Of a stretch of DNA of 64,000 nucleotides, positions 57,676 through 64,000 are shown piece by piece. How positions within the stretch are numbered: position 1 is the first letter of the stretch; each line of letters begins with the position of its first letter. A program made the position numbers and the translations under genes. The stretch is from Candidatus Cloacimonadales bacterium (GTDB taxonomy: Bacteria > Cloacimonadota > Cloacimonadia > Cloacimonadales > JAFGVF01). The notes beneath the pieces were generated by a model. The model was given only the letters and a program-made list of their open reading frames with translations. It did not search any database and had not been told where the DNA came from. Location of the stretch: positions 2,520,504-2,584,503 of the forward strand of contig OY829950.1 in assembly GCA_963692475.1 (NCBI GenBank). The letters are read 5' to 3'.

Positions 57676-57752
57676 TAATTTCCAATAAACATAAAGCAAT
57701 GTTTTATAATCTTTTACAAATCAAGGAAATATTTTTTTTCTCTGAAATCTCA

Positions 57753-57785
57753 TCCTGATATACCGAAAACGGCATATGTTTTTTC
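57753..57785. promoter_or_regulatory. Perfect 10-bp inverted repeat, candidate enhancer (UAS) for the sigma-54 activator
   Basis: CCGAAAACGG-N13-CCGTTTTCGG, centred ~95 bp upstream of the -24 element. Confidence 0.35.
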
Positions 57786-57986
57786 CCGTTTTCGGGATTT
57801 TATGATTAATTATCTTGACGAACTTTTACTATTATTTTAAATCTATACCTAAGATAAATCCCCTTCTATGAGGGTGGGAACAGGAAGTGTTTCAATACCT
57901 TTTCTGTAAGATTGCATGTACTCTTGCGTGTGAAACACCTTATAAAAATATAATGTGGTCGAATAATAATTTTTAGGAGCATTAAA

Positions 57987-60239
57987 GTGGATAACGTAAA
58001 AAAAGATTTTAACAAAAAGATTACTGAGTTTTATGAAGATTTGGTGATAGGTAATAAAAGCTCTCTACCTCGGGAGCAAGTAGTTAGAAAATGTTATGAT
58101 ATCTTTAATTGCTATCTAACGCTTTGTGCCAACAATTATAAGCCAACTAAGGTTTCCCAAGTATATTTCTTAGAATCAGCAACTATTGAATCTAATATAA
58201 CTACCGAACCTCCTTCTGATGAGCTCTTGGAATCAATCATCAATGCTGGATTAATAATTTCTGATGTAGATAAGGTTCTAGAGATTTTAACCTCTTACAT
58301 GGTTCAATCTGTTTATTATTTCAATGACTCAACTGAAAAATTAATTAGTAAGATTCTTTATATTATTGATAATTATAATCCTAACAACAGCATACCTTTA
58401 GCATATTGTCAAATTCTTACTCATTACTCATCAAAACGACTACAAGAGAAGGATGAAGAGATATATAAAAGATTTACTAATTATATTGCTCTGGATAATT
58501 CTGAAAAGACTAAAGCATTCTACTATTTGAGTTTAGGATATTATAAATTTTCCAGAGGTAACTTTTTCGAATCAATCTATTATATGAATAAAATAATCTC
58601 TAATGAAACAATTAGAAAAGATAAAAGACTTTATTATAGGGCAAATCACACCCTCGGTATATCCTATGCCGCAAATTCAATGCTAGAACAAGCAATTAAA
58701 TTTATTGATATCTGTCTTTGCGAAGATTCACCTTTAGATAAGATTCATCTAAGGTTTACCAAAGCAAGAATGCTAAGTCAGTTAAAATGTTATTCGCAAG
58801 CGATAGCTATCTTAGATGAGATTAAATCTATGAGTCAAGATAAACAACTTCTACAAAGAGTTTTAGTAGAGAGCTTCATGATAGCTGTAATGAATGAAGA
58901 AATAAGACAATCTGAAGTATTTTTTGCTCAATTGGATAATGATACAATACAAACTATTCCAAGTCTATTTCTCTATTCCTATTATCTATCCATAGGGAAT
59001 ATTGAAGATATAAATCTTGCGGAAATTGAGTCTAAAATGAATGAGATAATTGATCAGAAGCGTGAATATTACCAAGAATATCTATTCTTTTTGATTGAAT
59101 ACTATGCTAAATTAAATGATGGTGAGAAAGTTACTGAGTATTTTAAACTATATAGAAAAGTATCGAATAACATCTCTGTGCACAAAAAAGAAACAGAAAT
59201 GAACTATTATCATAATTTGTTAGCTTCTTATGAAAAAATATCTTATGACGAAACAGTAAAAAAAGAGTTGTCTTCTGAATCTATATCCCAAAAAATCGAA
59301 AATACTATTATTGGAAATTCTCCTGAATTGAATAGAATTAAACAAGAGTGCTTAAACGTAGCTGATGCAACCTTCAGTAATGTGCTATTGACTGGCGAAA
59401 CCGGGACTGGAAAAGAACTTCTGGCTAAATACATCCACTATAAAAGCAATAGAAATAACCAAAACTTTTGCGAGTTCAACTTGACTTCTATTACCCCGAC
59501 TCTCATTGAAAGTGAGCTTTTCGGTTACAAGAAAGGGGCTTTCACTGGTGCTGAAAAAGATAAATTAGGGATTCTGAACATTGTTGATAAAGGAACCCTC
59601 TTCTTAGATGAAATATCAGAAATCTCACTCGATATTCAGACTAAGCTCTTGAAAGTTCTGGAAGACAAAGAGTTTTATCCTTTAGGTTCAACTACTCCAG
59701 TAAAATCTGATTTTAGAATTATTAGTGCTTCCAATAAAGATTTACTTAAATTAACTCGCGAAAATAAATTTCGAATTGACCTCTTCTATCGTCTCTGTAA
59801 CTATGAAATTAAACTCCCTCCTCTCAGAGATAGAAGTCAAGATATTCCCCTTTTAGCAGAATACTTCCTCTCCAGTTACTGCCAAAAACTTAATATCTCT
59901 ATGCCAATTATTGATCAAGATTTTGAAGCTAAATTAGTTAAATATAACTTCCCTGGTAATATTCGAGAACTAAAAAATATTATGCAAAGGATTGCTATTT
60001 CTCTCGCCAATAATGAAGATATAAATGTTGTTTTAACGAATTACCTAAATTTACAAAATGAGACTCTTCATTCAAATAAAGATAATTTCAACTTAGAAAA
60101 AGTTACCCGAGATACTATCAAAGAAGCACTTCTTAAAACTAACGGAGTACAACTGCAAGCTGCTAAACTACTTGGAATAACAGCTAACTCTATAGCACGT
60201 AAAATTGCCAAATATGGACTTTATGAATATTGCAAGTAG
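57987..60239 (+). CDS. Sigma-54-dependent transcriptional activator with ~430-aa TPR-like N-terminal domain (no receiver domain)
   Basis: GTG start behind AGGAG; Walker A GETGTGKE, ESELFGY, GAFTGA, C-terminal HTH (QLQAAKLLGITANSIARKI). The N-terminal region is helical-repeat-like. Confidence 0.85.
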   Translation: MDNVKKDFNKKITEFYEDLVIGNKSSLPREQVVRKCYDIFNCYLTLCANNYKPTKVSQVYFLESATIESNITTEPPSDELLESIINAGLIISDVDKVLEILTSYMVQSVYYFNDSTEKLISKILYIIDNYNPNNSIPLAYCQILTHYSSKRLQEKDEEIYKRFTNYIALDNSEKTKAFYYLSLGYYKFSRGNFFESIYYMNKIISNETIRKDKRLYYRANHTLGISYAANSMLEQAIKFIDICLCEDSPLDKIHLRFTKARMLSQLKCYSQAIAILDEIKSMSQDKQLLQRVLVESFMIAVMNEEIRQSEVFFAQLDNDTIQTIPSLFLYSYYLSIGNIEDINLAEIESKMNEIIDQKREYYQEYLFFLIEYYAKLNDGEKVTEYFKLYRKVSNNISVHKKETEMNYYHNLLASYEKISYDETVKKELSSESISQKIENTIIGNSPELNRIKQECLNVADATFSNVLLTGETGTGKELLAKYIHYKSNRNNQNFCEFNLTSITPTLIESELFGYKKGAFTGAEKDKLGILNIVDKGTLFLDEISEISLDIQTKLLKVLEDKEFYPLGSTTPVKSDFRIISASNKDLLKLTRENKFRIDLFYRLCNYEIKLPPLRDRSQDIPLLAEYFLSSYCQKLNISMPIIDQDFEAKLVKYNFPGNIRELKNIMQRIAISLANNEDINVVLTNYLNLQNETLHSNKDNFNLEKVTRDTIKEALLKTNGVQLQAAKLLGITANSIARKIAKYGLYEYCK

Positions 60240-60400
60240 GATTGTCAGAGGATGGTTAGAAATTATACATTAAAATCAAAAGATAAATAATGTTAATACA
60301 TAAGACAGAATCTTTAGGATTTCCATCAGTCTAAGATAATTTCTTGCTGAGAGAGAAAATTCTTGACACCAATCACCACTTTAACCTTTTTGAATGCAGT

Positions 60401-60477
60401 GCCCCCGTAGCTCAGTAGGATAGAGCAGTTCCCTCCTAAGGAAAAGGTCAGCCGTTCGAATCGGCTCGGGGGTGCCA
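60401..60477 (+). tRNA. tRNA-Arg (anticodon CCU)
   Basis: Folded by hand: 7-bp acceptor (G1-U72 wobble), D arm GCTC/GAGC, anticodon loop CT-CCT-AA, T arm AGCCG-TTCGAAT-CGGCT, encoded CCA. Confidence 0.9.
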
Positions 60478-60515
60478 TTTCAGTGAAAAATGAAAAGTTA
60501 AAAGTGAAAAATTAG

Positions 60516-60644
60516 CTGGGAACGTGGACATCCTGCCCGTACCAAGCAGGAAGTATGGAGTGGAAGTATCCTTACTTCCACCACACAAATCTGACAGCAG
60601 GATGCTGTCAGTCCATAACTGGGATTACGAATAACCACATCCAC
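60516..60644. repeat. Cluster of GC-richer hairpins downstream of the tRNA, starting with a solo unit related to the 54-bp array repeat
   Basis: CTGGGAACGTGGACATCCTGCCCGTACCAAGCAGGAAG compared with array CTGGGAAAGCGGGTATCTTGCCCGCATCATTGCAGAAAG. Followed by perfect hairpins GTGGAAGTA/TACTTCCAC and CTGACAGC/GCTGTCAG. Confidence 0.6.
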
Positions 60645-60944
60645 AAAAAAAGTGACAACAACATTGCCACTTTGAAAAAGCGTTCAAACCATTAAAACTT
60701 AAAAAAGCTTATGAATTGCGTAAGTATAGCACTTCTAAGGTAAATAAAGAAATAGCTCATGTCGTAAGCCATTATCCTTAATTCTTTGATTTATGGATAA
60801 GTTCTCTCACAAGTGAAGACTACATCATTCTCAAATTCATGGTTAAGTCTTATCTAACATAGAAGCTTCTATTAGTGGAAGTATACCATAACTTACTGTA
60901 ATGCAATAAAAAGGTGCAATAAGATGCTTAATAATTTCCACTAT

Positions 60945-60959
60945 ACTTGAACTTGAGCC
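60945..60959. repeat. Isolated right-end TIR of MITE-A (remnant or short variant)
   Basis: ACTTGAACTTGAGCC is identical to the right end of copy 2. Only ~30 bp of adjacent similarity, with a degenerate possible left end (AGCTCATGT) near 60764. Confidence 0.5.
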
Positions 60960-61262
60960 AGAAGCAGTATCCCATAACAAACACATATTGTTTCACAAGT
61001 AGATATTATTACAATCAAAATCAATCTTTCTAATAATTCTCTTGACATATATAAATAAGCTGTATTATATAGTCTTAGTTATCATTATAGTGTTCTATAT
61101 GATTATACTATATTAGGCAGGGCACTATTTAGTAATAACATGTTAACGTATATTGGAATATTTTTTACACTAGTAAGAGGGGTTATAAGCATCTCAAGCA
61201 GGCTTTCTTTACTCTTCTTGATAGAAAATTGTTCTAATAAGATAAGAATTCAGCGAGGAACC

Positions 61263-62306
61263 ATGAAAAGAGTAATTATCATACTCACCTTATTATATTC
61301 AGCTGCTTTATTATCGCAAAATGTCACTAGTCCCATGGCTATTTTAACGCTTGTAGATTCTATAACCTTAAAGAATTATCCTAATATTGAAAAGAAAATC
61401 AACTATCCTCCTGATTGTACAGTTATTAGAGTATTTAAGCAGGAGAGAGAGTGCGAGATATGGTCAAAAGATTCATCACAAGATAGTCTGTCTTTAATCT
61501 TAACTCTCCCTATTTGTTCCATGGACTTTGAGCCAGGACCTAAGTTGAAGGCAGGAGATTCTAAAACACCTGAGGGATTTTATTATGGGGATTTTGCCTA
61601 CTATAGTAGTTTATGGTTTATGTGGGTAGACCTTAATAATGTTGAAAAATCAGGAGAAGTGGGAAAAGGTTCAGCTTTTAGAATTTGCCTCAATTACCCA
61701 AATCAAATTGACCAAAGACACACTGCTATGGCAGGTTTTAGCGATACTGGTGGTGCAATATGTGTCCATGGAAATTGTGTTTCAATAGGTTGTGTATCTT
61801 TTCTTAACAAGAATTTTATACCAGTTTATGCTTTGTCCAGACATCATAATTCATCAAAATACGGCAAAATTCAATATCATATTTTTCCTTTCAGATCAGC
61901 TAGAAAAACAGAGAGTGAAGTTACTGAATACAGCAAGAACTTCATTCATCATAATGAATATTCTCCTGATAAATTAATAAGTTTTTGGAAGAATCTAGCC
62001 TTTGGTGAAAAATTATTCGAAAGATATAAAAAACCATTATCAATAATAACTTATAGAAGATATTTACAAGAAGATGATTTATCAGAAACCATTAAAACAG
62101 TTAAAGAATTCTTGAAAGAAAAGGGGTTTTATTCATCTGAGATTAACTGCACTTTTGATTCTGTCTTAAAATCTGCTGTAATTCAGTATCAAAATGAAAA
62201 TAATATGACCTCTGATGGTCTTATAGGCAACAATACTCTTAACCAAATGAGAAAAGATGGCTTGGAAGAATTTTCTCTTGAATATATTTTCAAGGTAGAT
62301 AAATAG
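61263..62306 (+). CDS. L,D-transpeptidase family protein (YafK-like) with C-terminal peptidoglycan-binding domain
   Basis: Signal peptide MKRVIIILTLLYSAALLSQ; KTPEGFYYG; catalytic VHGNCVSIGC; C-terminal PG-binding-like IQYQNENNMTSDGLIGNNTLNQM. Start moved to the internal ATG. Confidence 0.7.
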   Translation: MKRVIIILTLLYSAALLSQNVTSPMAILTLVDSITLKNYPNIEKKINYPPDCTVIRVFKQERECEIWSKDSSQDSLSLILTLPICSMDFEPGPKLKAGDSKTPEGFYYGDFAYYSSLWFMWVDLNNVEKSGEVGKGSAFRICLNYPNQIDQRHTAMAGFSDTGGAICVHGNCVSIGCVSFLNKNFIPVYALSRHHNSSKYGKIQYHIFPFRSARKTESEVTEYSKNFIHHNEYSPDKLISFWKNLAFGEKLFERYKKPLSIITYRRYLQEDDLSETIKTVKEFLKEKGFYSSEINCTFDSVLKSAVIQYQNENNMTSDGLIGNNTLNQMRKDGLEEFSLEYIFKVDK

Positions 62307-62408
62307 AGGTAGATTTCACTCTCAGAATTAAGTCATGACTGAGCAAGGAAAATACTTGACAATTGAATAAATATTGAAAATAGTTAAGAAAAAATCAAGG
62401 AGACCATA

Positions 62409-64000
62409 ATGATGGAAGGTAAATTAATGGTATTGTCTTTTATAATTATCTCGATTTGTTGCTTATCCATTAGTCTTATTGCCGAAAAAAGTCATAGTAG
62501 GAATAAAAAAACAAGGAATAATATTACTGGAAAAAGTGGATTATTGAAAATTACAATTGATTCACGGTTAGAGCTATTGGCAATAATCCAATACCTTTCA
62601 GGAAGCAAGATGGTCAGTTATACTGGGGATTATGCTAAGGCAGTAGATGCTTGGTTCATTGAATATAAAGATCATCCTGTAATTCGAACCATGAAGAATA
62701 TGGAATCTGCAGGGTATTCTTATGATCTTCCTGTGAGTAGTTTTTTACTGTTTGATGACTATACATGTAAGAAAAAAATCTTTAACTGGGTACCTTCTTC
62801 AAAAGAAATGAATCTTGAGAGAATAAGAGTAATCTCTCAAAAAGCAGCCTTGGATGATTTCTATAATATGGTTGGTCAGTTTGCCCAAATGACTGATTTT
62901 CTTGGTTTTTTTTCTTCTCAAGAAGAATATTATCAAAAGTTAGTAAGCGATGCTGAAGATTATTTAAACAAATATCCCGATATGATAGCTCACATGGTAA
63001 ACTGGTATGGCTATAGTTATCAATCATACACTCTTGTTATTTCCCCACTTGTAATTGGTGGTTACGGTCCATCTGTACTGGACCAAGAAGATGGAGTACA
63101 TACTTATTGTGTGGTTAGTATAGATTTTAGTAGGATGTCAGAACGGGATATTAATCAAGTATCCAGTTGGTTTTTTCATGAATTCTCACATTCCTTCATC
63201 AACCCATTGGTTGAAGAACACTGGGATATCTTTAAAATGATTGAAGCAAAATTTGAACATATTGCCGATAAAATGGAGAAGCAAGCATACGACTCGTGGT
63301 GGATAACTGTTGCAGAACACTTTGTTCGTGCGAGTGATATCCGTCTTTCAGAGTTGTATTATAGTTTTTATAACTCCAACATTTTGGCAGGGCAAGAAAG
63401 TCAAGGATTCATCTTTATAACTTCAGCTTATAAAGGAATTCTGAATTATGAAGAAGCTCATTTAGACAGAGGAATAAATTATGCTAATTATTTCCCTACC
63501 CTGGCACAATATTTTGTTGATAAAACAGTCATTTCTGATAAAGAATTGGATAATCTCCAACAATTCCAAGGACCCATAAATAGTGTGTTTGCAGGTGAAG
63601 ATATTCTGGTAATTTATCCTGATCCAAATCGAGTCGAAGGAGTTGAAGAAAATGTAATACCTACAGTTGTTTGGTTGCAAAAAAATATGGGTTATGAAGC
63701 AGTAACTGATAAAATAGCTATAGAAATGGACCTCAGTCAACGGAATCTTTGCATTTACGGTGCATGGGAGAATAATTTAATTTTAGACAAATTTAAGAAA
63801 AACATTCCATTTGAAATTTATCCTGACAAAATCTTAGCAGATAAAAAATATATGGGTAAAAACCTTAGAATTGCTCTATGCTTACCCAATCCATTGAATC
63901 TTAGAAAAGGTATGTGTATTTACACTGCACAAACTATAATAGCTATGAAGAATGCCAATGCAATTTATCACGGTCCAGAAGATTGGTATGTATCAAATAC
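62409..64000 (+). CDS. HExxH-containing secreted/membrane-anchored protein (DUF4932-like putative metalloprotease), 3' end beyond window
   Basis: Missing from the ORF track because there is no stop in the window. AAGGAG SD, ATG 62409, open to nt 64000 by manual translation. N-terminal TM; FHEFSHSF motif. Confidence 0.6.
   Translation, partial: MMEGKLMVLSFIIISICCLSISLIAEKSHSRNKKTRNNITGKSGLLKITIDSRLELLAIIQYLSGSKMVSYTGDYAKAVDAWFIEYKDHPVIRTMKNMESAGYSYDLPVSSFLLFDDYTCKKKIFNWVPSSKEMNLERIRVISQKAALDDFYNMVGQFAQMTDFLGFFSSQEEYYQKLVSDAEDYLNKYPDMIAHMVNWYGYSYQSYTLVISPLVIGGYGPSVLDQEDGVHTYCVVSIDFSRMSERDINQVSSWFFHEFSHSFINPLVEEHWDIFKMIEAKFEHIADKMEKQAYDSWWITVAEHFVRASDIRLSELYYSFYNSNILAGQESQGFIFITSAYKGILNYEEAHLDRGINYANYFPTLAQYFVDKTVISDKELDNLQQFQGPINSVFAGEDILVIYPDPNRVEGVEENVIPTVVWLQKNMGYEAVTDKIAIEMDLSQRNLCIYGAWENNLILDKFKKNIPFEIYPDKILADKKYMGKNLRIALCLPNPLNLRKGMCIYTAQTIIAMKNANAIYHGPEDWYVSN

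Noticed and set aside
2560-63740. Short ORFs from the track lying inside or antisense to confident genes (about two dozen, 61-105 aa each; examples: 2560-2775, 5075-5272, 6486-6740, 14729-14977, 21285-21546, 22254-22485, 28048-28242, 38456-38740, 40378-40695, 45515-45799, 48343-48615, 53500-53736, 59243-59434, 62782-63027, 63462-63740)
   Set aside because: Each is fully embedded in a longer ORF with clear homology-type motifs, has low-complexity or odd composition, and lacks an SD. These are typical shadow ORFs of an AT-rich genome. The two at 62.8-63.7 kb are antisense to the 62409-64000 ORF that runs off the window.

Overview
AT-rich bacterial chromosomal window using the standard genetic code (TGA, TAA and TAG all end clear genes) with strong GGAGG-type Shine-Dalgarno sites. 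I call about 55 protein genes, one tRNA-Arg(CCU), and several candidate RNA or regulatory elements. Most genes are housekeeping. On the + strand: PBP1A, GT2, a GlmU-like protein, PSP1, rlmN, deoC and thyX (0-8.2 kb), then add, exbB-exbD-tonB-like and folP-coaE-pyk-like (47-53.8 kb). On the - strand: trmL, a solute-binding lipoprotein, mlaE, dnaB, coaD, pepP-like and endoQ-like (26.7-33.4 kb), then folD-ymdB-rny, a coiled-coil gene with zapA, pheST, and infC-rpmI-rplT (37.5-46.3 kb). Accessory genes include three large secreted proteins that share one ~80-aa T9SS-type C-terminal sorting domain (a metallophosphoesterase, a GLUG+CotH protein, a beta-helix protein). There are also an LruC-domain lipoprotein, two sigma-54 activators and two histidine kinases. 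This mix suggests an uncultivated FCB-group (Cloacimonadota-like) organism, which is inference only. The most unusual content is non-coding. (1) A ~10-unit tandem array of a 54-bp dyad-symmetric unit sits in a 1-kb gene-free island upstream of folP, and its flanks share hairpin modules with two other loci. (2) A MITE family has perfect 8-bp target-site duplications, and one copy carries a second, nested foldback MITE. (3) A 652-bp foldback element has a 12-bp TIR and a 7/8 TSD. (4) A ~170-nt rod-like RNA candidate (6S-like) lies directly downstream of zapA. (5) A terminator/antiterminator leader precedes an infC gene that appears to start at AUA. (6) Two -24/-12 (sigma-54) promoter candidates lie next to sigma-54 activator genes. 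No CRISPR array, rRNA, transposase or recognisable defence genes were seen. All calls come from reading the sequence and ORF translations by eye; no searches were run.
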